From the NCBI GenBank assembly GCA_964057225.1, contig OZ059899.1, positions 13,392,001 to 13,456,000 of the forward strand: a stretch of 64,000 bases of DNA, in the 5' to 3' direction. The notes under the pieces were generated by a model. That model did no database searches, was not told where the DNA came from, and saw only the letters and a program-made list of their open reading frames with translations. The position numbers and the translations under genes are program-made. The stretch is from Auanema rhodensis (Eukaryota > Animalia > Nematoda). Of the stretch, positions 1 to 13,731 are shown piece after piece. The stretch's first letter is position 1, and the number at the start of each line of letters is the position of its first letter.

Positions 1-3000
1 CATCTGCAGAACTTAATTCTCCTCCAGATAAATCTACCGACTAATAAACAGAACAAATGAGAAAAATAAATGTTAACTTTCAAAAAAACCTTCAATTTAA
101 CATGATCCCCAGATGTTAGAGCAGATATAACATCGATGGCTCCCTTTCTACACAATGAATCTCCTAGGTCGAGAACTTCTAGAGCTAGAAGACCTTTTAC
201 AGCCTTAAGAAATATCACATTAAGAGCACAATGGAAGGAAAAACATACTGCAGCAACAGCTTTAGCTCCAGTAGCGGTGCAAGTATTATCGTTGAAGTTA
301 ATGACCCGGAGATTAGGATTATATTTCAATGATTCGGCCAATGCTGTTATGCCATCTGATCGTATTCCATTCTGATAGATGATTATCTCCTCCAAACTTC
401 CAATTTTCTACAAAAAGAAAATAACACACTCAAGTCCAATAAGAAAAAACCTTGAAAGCTTTCGAAAGCGCTTTGGCTCCGGGGTCTTCTAGTCGGTTTC
501 TGCCGGCAATAAAGGTTTTCAACTGGAAGCTACGTCCACTTCTTTTAGCGTTATCGTAGCATTCTTCTAAGCATGATGCTACAATCTGAAAATAGTAAAA
601 AAATAGACACTTGTTTAATTCCTGAATAACTCAACCTTTCCACCGGCACCTAAACCGTTATTATTTAATTTTAAAACTTCGAGAGAAAAGGCAGAGCTCG
701 ATTTTAAGAAATCGGAGATTCCTGAAAGAAATTCTGAATATTTAACAATTAGATTTTCTATATACCTTCAGCTCCAATCGGTCCGAAGGCATTATCTGAT
801 AGATCCAACTCTACGATCTGGCAATTTGCTCGCATCATAGCTCCGCACATGGATTTCTGAAAGCACTATTCACTTCAAAACAACTAAGTTATAACCTACC
901 AGAATAGGTGGGATCTCTGTTTTTAAACGGCCAGTAAACATATCGCTCCATAAACACCTCTAGAAAGATTTGAAGTATTTAAGAAATAATACCATATTAA
1001 TACAAATAACGAAAATAAAATTATGACATAGGTAAACAAACTTTAAGTTCAGGATGTTTCAATAAGGATTGCCCTATTCTTTCTCCTGCAGGAACACCAA
1101 CAGTATTTCCTCGAAGAATAAGGGTGTGCATAGTGGGTGCTTTATCAATGACAGAGCAAACAAGTTCAGCTGCATAGAATAAAAGTAAAATCTTCAAAAT
1201 GAGATCGTATTACCGTCTGAAGCCGTATTTAACTTGTATTGCTTATCAAGGAACGAAACAACTTCCTCCTGTTCGACGTTCAGTTTGTTTACACCAGCGA
1301 GCAAATCGTCCATTCCCAAAGCTGAAAGATAACTCATATATATGTTATAAACATTATTAATACTATGAGATTTAGGTTTTTGAGGCTCTTCGAGATCCAT
1401 ATCTGAATCCACATCACTGTTAAGCTCGCCATCATCCTCATCACTCTCTTCCGTCGCACTCAAAGTTCCCTCGTCATCACTGTAATGAATTTGTTTCATA
1501 ATTAGTGGAAATAAATTGAAATCAACCTCTCATTGCCGAGAGAAATACCAGTACCCAAAACTTCGCTCACAAGATCTATGAAGGACGATCCAAAACAGTT
1601 ATTAGTTAGGGATAATGATCTGAAGCAAAAAAGACATGCTCATTATTCGATAAAGAAACATACACATTGCTTTTGAATGTGCCCTTCCACAACGAAATTA
1701 TATGCTCAGCATCTGCAGAACTTAATTCTCCTCCAGATAAATCTACCGACTAATAAACAGAACAAATGAGAAAAATAAATGTTAACTTTCAAAAAAACCT
1801 TCAATTTAACATGATCCCCAGATGTTAGAGCAGATATAACATCGATGGCTCCCTTTCTACACAATGAATCTCCTAGGTCGAGAACTTCTAGAGCTAGAAG
1901 ACCTTTTACAGCCTTAAGAAATATCACATTAAGAGCACAATGGAAGGAAGAACATACTGCAGCAACAGCTTTAGCTCCAGTAGCGGTGCAAGTATTATCG
2001 TTGAAGTTAATGACCCGGAGATTAGGATTATATTTCAATGATTCGGCCAATGCTGTTATGCCATCTGATCGTATTCCATTCTGATAGATGATTATCTCCT
2101 CCAAACTTCCAATTTTCTACAAAAAGAAAATAACACACTCAAGTCCAATAAGAAAAAACCTTGAAAGCTTTCGAAAGCGCTTTGGCTCCGGGGTCTTCTA
2201 GTCGGTTTCTGCCGGCAATAAAGGTTTTCAACTGGAAGCTACGTCCACTTCTTTTAGCGTTATCGTAGCATTCTTCTAAGCATGATGCTACAATCTGAAA
2301 ATAGTAAAAAAATAGACACTTGTTTAATTCCTGAATAACTCAACCTTTCCACCGGCACCTAAACCGTTATTATTTAATTTTAAAACTTCGAGAGAAAAGG
2401 CAGAGCTCGATTTTAAGAAATCGGAGATTCCTGAAAGAAATTCTGAATATTTAACAATTAGATTTTCTATATACCTTCAGCTCCAATCGGTCCGAAGGCA
2501 TTATCTGATAGATCCAACTCTACGATCTGGCAATTTGCTCGCATCATAGCTCCGCACATGGATTTCTGAAAGCACTATTCACTTCAAAACAACTAAGTTA
2601 TAACCTACCAGAATAGGTGGGATCTCTGTTTTTAAACGGCCAGTAAACATATCGCTCCATAAACACCTCTAGAAAGATTTGAAGTATTTAAGAAATAATA
2701 CCATATTAATACAAATAACGAAAATAAAATTATGACATAGGTAAACAAACTTTAAGTTCAGGATGTTTCAATAAGGATTGCCCTATTCTTTCTCCTGCAG
2801 GAACACCAACAGTATTTCCTCGAAGAATAAGGGTGTGCATAGTGGGTGCTTTATCAATGACAGAGCAAACAAGTTCAGCTGCATAGAATAAAAGTAAAAT
2901 CTTCAAAATGAGATCGTATTACCGTCTGAAGCCGTATTTAACTTGTATTGCTTATCAAGGAACGAAACAACTTCCTCCTGTTCGACGTTCAGTTTGTTTA

Positions 3001-4380
3001 CACCAGCGAGCAAATCATCCATTCCCAAAGCTGAAAGATAACTCATATATATGTTATAAACATTATTAATACTATGAGATTTAGGTTTTTGAGGCTCTTC
3101 GAGATCCATATCTGAATCCACATCACTGTTAAGCTCGCCATCATCCTCATCACTCTCTTCCGTCGCACTCAAAGTTCCCTCGTCATCACTGTAATGAATT
3201 TGTTTCATAATTAGTGGAAATAAATTGAAATCAACCTCTCATTGCCGAGAGAAATACCAGTACCCAAAACTTCGCTCACAAGATCTATGAAGGACGATCC
3301 AAAACAGTTATTAGTTAGGGATAATGATCTGAAGCAAAAAAGACATGCTCATTATTCGATAAAGAAACATACACATTGCTTTTGAATGTGCCCTTCCACA
3401 ACGAAATTATATGCTCAGCATCTGCAGAACTTAATTCTCCTCCAGATAAATCTACCGACTAATAAACAGAACAAATGAGAAAAATAAATGTTAACTTTCA
3501 AAAAAACCTTCAATTTAACATGATCCCCAGATGTTAGAGCAGATATAACATCGATGGCTCCCTTTCTACACAATGAATCTCCTAGGTCGAGAACTTCTAG
3601 AGCTAGAAGACCTTTTACAGCCTTAAGAAATATCACATTAAGAGCACAATGGAAGGAAGAACATACTGCAGCAACAGCTTTAGCTCCAGTAGCGGTGCAA
3701 GTATTATCGTTGAAGTTAATGACCCGGAGATTAGGATTATATTTCAATGATTCGGCCAATGCTGTTATGCCATCTGATCGTATTCCATTCTGATAGATGA
3801 TTATCTCCTCCAAACTTCCAATTTTCTACAAAAAGAAAATAACACACTCAAGTCCAATAAGAAAAAACCTTGAAAGCTTTCGAAAGCGCTTTGGCTCCGG
3901 GGTCTTCTAGTCGGTTTCTGCCGGCAATAAAGGTTTTCAACTGGAAGCTACGTCCACTTCTTTTAGCGTTATCGTAGCATTCTTCTAAGCATGATGCTAC
4001 AATCTGAAAATAGTAAAAAAATAGACACTTGTTTAATTCCTGAATAACTCAACCTTTCCACCGGCACCTAAACCGTTATTATTTAATTTTAAAACTTCGA
4101 GAGAAAAGGCAGAGCTCGATTTTAAGAAATCGGAGATTCCTGAAAGAAATTCTGAATATTTAACAATTAGATTTTCTATATACCTTCAGCTCCAATCGGT
4201 CCGAAGGCATTATCTGATAGATCCAACTCTACGATCTGGCAATTTGCTCGCATCATAGCTCCGCACATGGATTTCTGAAAGCACTATTCACTTCAAAACA
4301 ACTAAGTTATAACCTACCAGAATAGGTGGGATCTCTGTTTTTAAACGGCCAGTAAACATATCGCTCCATAAACACCTCTA
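1..4380. repeat. Tandem array with 1709-bp period (units 2672-4380, 963-2671, and partial <1-962)
   Basis: Near-identical ORFs recur at a 1709 offset (136/1845/3554, 1194/2903, 1706/3415). Only two differences were spotted: 241 A vs 1950/3659 G, and 1308 G vs 3017 A. Identity ends near 4380, at the acceptor of the RCLWSDMF exon. Confidence 0.97.
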
Positions 4381-4659
4381 AAACAATTTTCTTAAATTGT
4401 TTTCAAAAATAAGATCACCTGAAGCTCTGGATGTTGAGCAATGGCAGCTGCCAATCGTTCTCCTGCCTTCACCCCAACTGTATTGCCTTTTAGTTCTAAT
4501 ACAAGTAGCTTCGGACATTTTTCAATCTCTTGTGCTATGGGCTCAGCTTAATAAACAACTGTTATTTTTTGAGAATAAAGTTCGGTACACACCTACTTCG
4601 GCATTGTCCAATTTCGCAAGTCTGTTTGCGAAAGAAAGCACGCCTTCCTTCGACATCAT
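1..4659 (-). CDS. ran-2: Ran GTPase-activating protein with tandemly multiplied LRR domains; 3' end outside the window
   Basis: Spliced translation from ATG 4659: MMSKEGVLSFANRLAKLDNAEVAEPIAQEIEKCPKLLVLELKGNTVG...RCLWSDMFTGRLKTEIPPIL...LDLSDNAFGPIGAEG...LKLNNNGLG...FIAGRNRLE...YQNGI...NFNDNT...LDLGDSLC, then an acidic tract (SDDEGTLSATEESDEDDGE). DMFTGR, DLSDNAFG and GRNRLE are RanGAP hallmarks. The frame continues into the next repeat unit. Confidence 0.93.
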
Positions 4660-5544
4660 TTTAAGAGGGACTTAAAAAAAATTTTATAAAAAAGAGAACT
4701 TATAAAATGCTACCTTCTAACACATAATGAAACGCAACAGAATTATGAGTATGATTACTAGGAGGAATAATAGGCATGTTAGTACAAAAAATTTTCAACA
4801 TTCGATTAAACAGGTGCACCGATAACTTAGCAATATCATGACCTGAATACTATGTGTTCGCGGCCAAAGAAAGAGTACTATAGAAGATACGACCAGATAA
4901 GAAGATGACGAACTATATTTAATGTTATACAAAAATACTTATCAAAACATTCAGAAATCAGATGACCAGTTTAAAAATGGCGCACAAGTTAAAATAAGAA
5001 AAGAACAAACTTTCAGAATAATATAATATAAAATTGAAAGGATCAGATGTAGTTTTGTAATATAAAGTATCACTTGGAAAGTATTAAGTTATAATTGAAA
5101 AGTAAGCTACCTACCGCGAAACGGTATTTCTTTTATCAAGCATGAGCAATAACTTTGGAAAAAGTACAGGCGAAAAATAATCAGAATTTGAATTTGCATT
5201 GGGGCGCGCTTAACTATTATTCATTTTTCATCTTAAGTGATAAGTGAAATTAACCAATTAAAATTTTTCTATTATTCAGTTTGAGCAGCATGCTTCCAAC
5301 AGTGTTTTATCTACTTTCATTAACTTTATAGTAGCTAAGATTTGACGACAACTTATTATTTATTTATATATTTTTCAAGATAAGTGAACAACGTTAATGT
5401 ACAAATCGAGTTACGGATCTAGACATATATCATTTTTCAATTATAATATTATAACATTATTAAAAAAACTTATTAGAGAGCATTTAAACACATTCTTGTT
5501 TTCTTTTAGATTTCATTGTTGAACCAGAACGATAACAGTCTTAT

Positions 5545-5670
5545 GTGGTATATAGCTCAAAGGTTGTGTGGCAGTTTGGATGTGCAACACGTAGGTTCAA
5601 TCTCACGTGGAACAATTTGAGTTGATCTTCTACCACCCCAGAGGTACTGGTCAAATTATTGTTCCTAAAT
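5545..5670 (+). mobile_element. Degenerate tRNA-derived SINE head or tRNA pseudogene
   Basis: A-box-like TAGCTCAAAGG at 5553 and B-box-like GGTTCAATC at 5594 inside the stem CACGT..ACGTG. Followed by the fold-back GGAACAATTTGA...TCAAATTATTGTTCC. No intact cloverleaf. Confidence 0.5.
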
Positions 5671-6177
5671 TGTAGAGATGTGTATGTATCCATGTATAGC
5701 AACTATGCTGTTATAACTATGGCATGCGCTTCCCACATTTTCTTGTTAAATTATAATATAAAATCATTAAGAAAAACGAATAATAAAGATTTATAAAAAA
5801 AATCTGTATATATGTGGTTTTACATGAAGTGAATTGAAAATAACGAAATGGTGCATAATAAACTTGACAATGAGATGAAATTATGCCGGAAAGAGAAGAG
5901 CGGTTTAAAACACCATATCCGGCAACTACCTCTGAAAACCCGTACGACTTGCGGTTAGTTGACATATGAGAATGTATTTTTGCTAAATCAAAGTAGCAAC
6001 AGATCTCATCCGTTTATAGCGATTTTAGCAGTGGCTAAATGTACATTGGGAGCCGAAAAAGATAGGGAGTAGGGATAGGAACTGAAAGCCTGAGAGAACA
6101 CCCTTTCAATATCTGGCATATTCTACAATATTGATAGTAAACTTGAGCAACTTATTTTTGAAAAATAAGGATTGAAC

Positions 6178-7861
6178 CTAATAAGGTCCAGTGCAATGTT
6201 TTATTCTTTTTTTTGGAGGTTGGGTTAATATTATAGGAGGTGTTTGTTGCGTTGCAAGGGCACGAAACACCTCTGCTAATAAAGGGGGGTGTTCCTTAAC
6301 TAAATCTTTCCATCCTTCGGAATTCATAACCTAAAATTTTCAATTGAAGAAAATAAAATAATGAAGGAATACGCTTACATCGGTTGCATTAACATTTATA
6401 TAATTAATAGCATGTGTCCTTAATTGTTCCGCACTGTACAAATCAGCTAGAACTAGGGTAACACATGCATTATCAGCCGTTAAAGCTGCACATAAAGCTT
6501 GTTCACACATAACCTAAAACAGAAAAACATTAAATAGCTTAAAAAACTAGTTCTTACCTTAAGTCTATCTAATTGGTACTTATCAGCAGCAGCTATCAAA
6601 TGTTGAGCCATTTGTTCAACATTAGGAGAATTTCCTGTGTACATGTAGCATATCATCTCTCGTAGAACCTAAAAACTGAAATAGTACACAGGAAAAGTGA
6701 AATTCACGTACATCTGGCTCTACATCATCGATCGTAACCTCGTTTTTCTCATATTCTGACATTTTATGCTCGAACATAGCATGAAATACTGGCGATCTTG
6801 CAGCTAATATAGCTTTGTGCACCTAAAAAAATAAAAATAAACTTAATTCTAAGAGCAAATATATATGTATATCAACTTACGTGAAACGTTTGGGAAGGAG
6901 GCGATTTAGCAGCTACAAGTGTACAATCACTGAAAGTCCTGTTTTCGAACAAAGTTGCCAAATCCTCACTCAATCGACAGGAAGGAACCTAACACATATA
7001 GATGTTAATAGTTTTAGTTTACATACGCAATAATTTAGTAGGAGTAGATGCAACATACCTTAAATTGTGCAGCGCTTGTTTGACCAGTAACATTAACAGT
7101 TTCAGCCACAACAGAGACTTCACAAAATATACTTAATCTATCTTCTGGTAATAATCCATTCGTTTCATCTAATAAGAAATCTCGTCGTATGAACTTTTTA
7201 AATCCCCAGTCTTTTCCTTGCACAAATCGGTAAGCCCTTTGAGACTCTTAAAACAGAAAAATAAATACAAAACGGGAAAAGAAATACAAACCCATAGCTT
7301 TAGTTTCTTCACGTTTAGCATTTAAAATAGAAAATTTGAACTTCGCTCGTACCTGAAAAAAAAAAGATGAAGAATGCAAAATATTAAATAAATCCCTACT
7401 TCGTTTTTATTACATTGAACAAGCAATAAATATAAAGATAAATAATCTCTGGATTCTTCATCTAAACCTTTAGGGTTGATTCTTAAGCACCACTTCAACT
7501 TGTCATTAGCACCAGCAGAAAATGTTGAAGACTTTAAAACCTACAACAAGAAAATTACATTGGATCAGAAAAAAATATAGAACAAACCTCGCCCATCTCT
7601 TCTCGGCAAAAGGAAAAATTATTAATTGTCCACATATAGTTAAACTTAATGACTTTTACCTACAAAAAACATCAGATACAAACTAGTATACGATAAAAAT
7701 TGATGTACCTGCGTGTGACACCAATTTTCAGCTACCGGCATCAGCGGATCAGAATGGTGGGACGATGAGCCTGAGGGCATAGGAGAACTGGGTCGGCCGA
7801 TTGCTAAACCTTGCCCTGGTCCTCCAGATACGGCTTCGTCTTGAGCTGAGCCGTCATCCAT
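6178..7861 (-). CDS. spop-1: Speckle-type POZ protein (MATH-BTB-BACK CUL3 adaptor)
   Basis: Ten exons: MDDGSAQ...[10 protein letters not shown]|[24 protein letters not shown]|...[17 protein letters not shown]...|[13 protein letters not shown]...[11 protein letters not shown]|VMCEQAL...PPKKRIK. MATH domain nearly identical to metazoan SPOP, with a C-terminal NLS. Confidence 0.97.
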
Positions 7862-10800
7862 TTTAATACAGGGAACTGCAACAGAAGTAATGAGGGAACG
7901 AGAGAGAAATATATCAGAAATTGGAAAATGTGTAACGAATAGAATAAAGAGAAGCTGAGACATATCATAGTAAATATACGACTGCGATAAACGTCGTTGT
8001 ATTGTTTGATAGAGACAAAATGCAGGTTGGAAAGATACGTCACAGAGAGCAGCTCCAACAAAATTTATTCAATGCTAATTATAACTTGCAAATAACTAAA
8101 ATTGCTTGCTCTAAAATATAGTGAAGAAAAATAAATCACATGAAAGCACAAAAAATAAGTATAATTCTGCCAGGAATGCTTAAAAAAGTTGAAAGAATAC
8201 GTCAAATTCCTGACTTTTGAGAGAAAAGGAAAGATGAGAAGTTTGCATAAGAAATGTATCGGCGTTGATGATTGATATAAAGTATTGAGTACAGAGTCTA
8301 TAAGTAAGTAACTACTCCATAAAGGTCAGGAAAACGCAAAGAGAAGCCAAGAGTGCTCTTTGGTTAACGTTTAGCCGAAAGAAGCACCTTCGCCGAGCTA
8401 GGATTCTCCTTGTCAATTGTGTGAATAAGAAAGCAAAGTTGTGCGCAAACAATCATCAAGGGAATGTCAATTCAAAAAAAGGCTATATATTTCAATCAAT
8501 TCTAAATAAGGAAAGGTATAAACAGCCAAAACATAAAACAAATATGAAAAAGCACGAAAGTTTACTTGCAGGGCTATTATGAGGATACTGATCGACTTAG
8601 CTCGAGCAAAATATTTTAAAAAAAACGTACACCTAGCGGTTATTTCTTAACATGAGTGTTTTTCACGTTTCACGTAACAAATTCTTTTTAAAAGTAATAG
8701 AAAATGTTATAAACTATTCAGTATTCTTATGCAAGTAGTAGCACATATATGGAGTGATATGTTCAATTGCTAATGGTAACAAAGGACAGTAGTCGTATTA
8801 AAAATTAAATTTTTTAATAGAGACAAGTCAACAAGTTAATTAAAATTTAAGAGAATAAGCAAACTTAATTCATTTCATAGCGAACTTTGGTGAAGACAGT
8901 AAAAACTAAAGAAAAGATAAGTACTTTGAGATGAAAATACTTCTTTCAAAAAGATATTTGTTTCTATTAGTTCAACTAGGATAAGATGTGTAAAGCATGA
9001 AATACATAGTCTTACCTGCTCCGTAAAATGAGCAGCCGCGATTTCAAGGCTACAACATCAACAATAACAAAAACAACAATAGTTGGAGTTCGCAACAACA
9101 CTATAGATTGACAGAAGTTATTTTCCTCAAGAATATAATCAAGTGTTGAACAAGAATGGGATGAAATCGATTGATCGAAAGAAGCGAGCGTCGTGGAAAG
9201 CTTTGACGAAAAACACCATGCAAAAACATTCGTAATGCGACAAACAACAAGCCTCGCAGATACAAAGAGATGAAGAGTACGAGTAAAAGTTTGGAGAAAA
9301 AAGTGAGGGCGATACAAGTGCTATTAAAGAGAGCAATGACGATATGGTGAGTGTACAACAATCGTAAAAGCTGAAACTGAAGTAGTCAGAAATGAGGCCA
9401 ACATAGTCAATATCTAGCAACAAATAAACAACAACAGTTCATATATAGCCATCATGTTACTCATCTACTTAAAATGAGTCTCGGCCAAATACTTTGGATC
9501 AACTTGATCACAGGTAAAAGATCATGTCACTAAAATGAGTGACAAATAAATTATAAAATGAAATCCAACTAGAATTCAAAAAATTGTAACTTGAGAGAGG
9601 TGAATAAAGAATTGGCCATGTGACCAGACCAATGGGCAGCTTGATTGATTGAGTTCTGCTAATGTTATAAGCATGAACCAAATTCTCATTCTAGAAAATT
9701 TATTATAGTATAAAAGTTAATAAACTAGGAGACTATGTTTTCCGTAACTGGTTGTGACATAGAATCTGATGTTGTTTGTTGCTGTTACTAGTGCCTGTAC
9801 ACAGGCATCTATAGCTGAACTAACAGGAGAATATAGAATCGTAATTGGTGTACGATGAAAGGTAAAAAGCAAACCAATAATAGTGGAAACAGATGACACA
9901 ACCAGAAAAAGCTTCACGTCAGTTTTCCTGTACTTTAACTCGTTCGTAAATGGCTATTCTAATTAAATAGGAAAAAGAGGAACACATTCGTACAAGCTAG
10001 GCCAAGATATCCAATCCATCATATTAATATACACATAAAAATATATATAAACAAAGATGCTTAGAGGGAAATAAAGAAATAATGAGTAAGAACTTAAATG
10101 AGAATACTTATTGAACTATAAAGAATAAATGTAAACACTACACAAAATTGCAAAAAAAAAATTCTGATCAATTGATATGACTAGAATTATTCTAAAGTAT
10201 CCCGATCAAACATTACGAAGTTTACATAAGCAATAGATAAGAAGTCCAAAAAATTATCAGGTCAAAGAAAGAATTGAAAACAACTCTCTTACTCTCAAAT
10301 ATTTCCTCGCAATTTCAACTTATTTCTTTCAGGAATAACATCACCTCTCAACTTATTGTTAAATTGTTTTTCTAAAAATGGAGGAACCGAACAAGGGAAG
10401 TGAAGACACCTAACCATAATGTGAAAAGAGTGTTGCAGAATTGGTAGTGTAAATTTTGAGTTCAAACGCATAAAAAGATAAAGATCAGCTGATTAAAGAG
10501 TCAAACATGTGAAAAACGTAGAATAACAATCGTATTCATGTTAATTATGAATGAATATCATGTATAATGATTTCGTTCTGCATAGTTATGCAATACAAGA
10601 AAACATTCTCCCGTTTATTACTTTTGACTGTATGAAAAGCTGTTACACAATCAAATGTTAAAGACGACTCAGAGTGAAACTGTTTAAAAGGAAGAATTCT
10701 CAAAGATTATGGTTTTCTTCAAACATACATCAATGACTTGGCTTATGGATGAAGTGTTTTAGACGGGAAAAGATGTAAAATACAATTAACTACGGCATAC

Positions 10801-13731
10801 TTTATATAATTATAAAAATGGTAGAAAGCAAGATAATAATTGCTGCCTATTAAATGGGTGGAAAAAAACTATGAAGATGCTATAACAAAACTAAACTTAT
10901 AAAAATAACACGAAAGAAGTAACTTCGTATCATAGCGCACTGCGTGTTTTATAAAATGAAATAAAGAGTGACTATGTGTAATATTACAGACTTTTTGAAA
11001 ATTTAAATGAAATAAATTATGAAGATTTGAAGGATTAAAATGGATGAAAAAGAAAGAAAAGGATTAAACATATATATATATATATATAGCTTATTACTAG
11101 GCTAAAGATTACAATTTTAGCTAAATAAGAGATTTGATAAATGTATAAGACAGATAAATACTAAACTATATGAAAAAGCTGCATAAGAAAGACAGTTTTA
11201 AATTTAAAAAAATGTTTTTTTTCCTATCTTTAAAGAAAGACAAGAAAAAAGACAAAATCCTTTCATCCATTCCCATCATTGCTTCGTTCGTTGGCCTGAC
11301 GATGGAAGAAATGGGGCGGCAATGAGGTCAGACACGCAGAGTACCCGGAGAGTACATAAGTCGTGAATAGAGAGAATCAGAATGACAGAGCGTCGGATAG
11401 AGGCAAGTAGTCTCTAGTGTTGATTGGTCAGAGACAAACCTATATTGGGCATATAAGAAGAGATTGATACATGGAGAGAGACAAAGAACATGAGAAAAAA
11501 GGTTTTGTGTCATCCGAAAGTTAATTTTCCCGATCAGGTTGTAAAGTCCGGAAAGAGGTGATATCAGATAACGACCATACAATGATTTTGCATTAAAATT
11601 AGGATTGATAAGATAATATATGAAGCTTGTATTTTTAAAATCTTTTGGGATAATGGACATTCACATGAGTGACGCGAAGAGCTATTCAGATTGCTGCTGT
11701 CGAGCAAAATATTCAGAAAAAGCACAAAAGGTATTATGAAAAAGTTATATTTCCTCATTTGTCCCATTCCCATTCCCCTCCCTTCCTTAATATTATAAAT
11801 AATCAAAGATTACTACGAAATTCAGATTGGAAAATAACAAACATTCGTTATTTGAAGCATATCTAATATATATAAGACCTAAACATAATACTTATATAGG
11901 CAGATATAACAACCAACAAAATGCTTTGATTTCAATGCTGCAAACGCTGGAAAACCAAGCTGTACGCATCGCATATAATATGAGCAGGGATGCTAGCTGC
12001 AGCATTGCTTCCTAGAAAAGCATTTGGAAATAATAGAAGAGAAAAGGTTGAAAATTGATTTGCTCAAATGTGCCTAACTATATGGATTTGTTGAAATTAG
12101 AATGTAAAGTATAAGATAAATTCAAACGAGACTACAGGATTGAGGTTTTTCCACGTGTGACTGACCTCTATAAGCTCATATAGCGAAATGAGTATGAGAT
12201 CGAGAGAGAAACAGGCATAAACTGTGTCAAGTTTTAAAGAACGGATGTGGATAGTGTCCATGAAGAGACAACTGTCAGAGACAAAAAGAGGAAGAGGAAT
12301 AGGGGGAATTTCATCGAGAGAGATAGAGAGAGAGAGATAGAGTTAGAGAGAATCTGACGATACGTCCTTGGTAACATGAGGCGATGCACCGAATTGCCTC
12401 TCATAATTCGGCCTAACATAGTGATCATGCCAGTCATGCACAACATGTGTGCCCCTCTCCTTTGAACAAGACAAAAAGAATTTTTCAAATAAAGGAGGGT
12501 CGAATCTTGGAATAACGAATTCCGTGCACTTTTCGACGTCTTCATTGTATTGGACTTCTTCTACAACCATTATCTTATTTTGATCTCCATTATATTAGTT
12601 TGACAAGTATCAGAGCTCGGAGTGTAGAGACAATGAGACGGTAAGTTAAATTACAGCACCATCCTTGGATAGCCCCTATGTATGCATACTGTTCTATTTG
12701 CTAATAAGAATTATGTACGAGCAATTTCGAAAGATTTTTTCAATGTCGAGGTGGTAGTAGAAAAGACATTAGAATTAACACAACCGGTGGATTGTGCTAA
12801 TGCTGATGATGTTGGCTACTTGTAGATGGTGGCGGAGTAGACAACGACGAGAACGTCACCTATATCAAACCTAAGAAAACTGACTAGGCCAACTAAATGC
12901 GCAAAGGTACCATACAGTTATCACCAGATGAACAGAGGCTGAGAACGATCAGACTTAATTCACATATTCATATGAGAGGCAAGATAGGTGATCGAGGAAT
13001 AAAGGTCGTTAGGTGAAAGATGAACGATTGATGTGAAGGTTTCGAGGGCAAGAGTGCGATGAGAGCGAGTTAGTAACACGCTGAGACTAGTTGTATTCAG
13101 TCCCGAAAGGGAATACTCGACTGAAAAAAACACCACAAGAAACGACAAAGACGAAATCGAGGTTTGGCCCCTTTTTCTCCTTCTATCGTTTACGTTATGG
13201 CTGTTAGGCTTATCATCAGATGGTGTCTGAATCTGGACTGAAACGAAACAAGCAGAAAAAAATAACAGTAAGAGACATAGAAAAAGAGAAGTTAGCAATA
13301 TGAGGCGCATTTTCAAAAGTTCACATAAGTGTACCACTCCACGGTAGAGATCATGAGTAATTGAATATCATAGAACATATAGATTTTTAGAGAGCAGCAG
13401 CACAGTTTTGCTGACAAAGTTTTCTGACAACTTTTATAATTTTACAATAATTTTAATAAATCAGCATCAGGTATTTTTCAAACTTCGTTTGTTTGTGCAA
13501 TCTTACTGAACTACTCAAAGTTAAAAAGACGTTGTAAGAATTAATTGACAAGTGAACAAGAGAAAAAGAGCGAAACAGAGAGCGGGAGAGAGAGAATGTA
13601 AGAGATCAACTATGATGAATGAACTAGTATAGAAAGTCAGAAATGAAGCTGGTTAAATAAAAATGTTAAACAGAAAAAACGGAGCGGGCATGCATAGACG
13701 AAAATGATCAAAAGTTTAAAGACTGTCATAC

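Noticed and set aside
1194-3208. Each repeat unit as a separate RanGAP gene starting at MDDLLAG
   Set aside because: No stop codon, poly(A) site or intergenic gap precedes this Met; the upstream exon joins in frame across a 42-nt intron. Trans-splicing at that acceptor cannot be fully excluded.
136-4675. Plus-strand ORFs (79 aa x3, 92 aa)
   Set aside because: Antisense shadows of RanGAP exons with no independent splice or protein signal.
9012-9423. Three overlapping hydrophobic ORFs as membrane proteins
   Set aside because: By-product of T/C-rich composition in all three frames. The frame that would join SPOP has a stop shortly before the donor.
13204-13212. TAAGCCTAA on the minus strand as a telomerase RNA template for TTAGGC
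   Set aside because: The same 9-mer also occurs in PFAS coding sequence (about 15717) and an unc-64 intron (about 56150). No pseudoknot or H/ACA domain could be identified around it.
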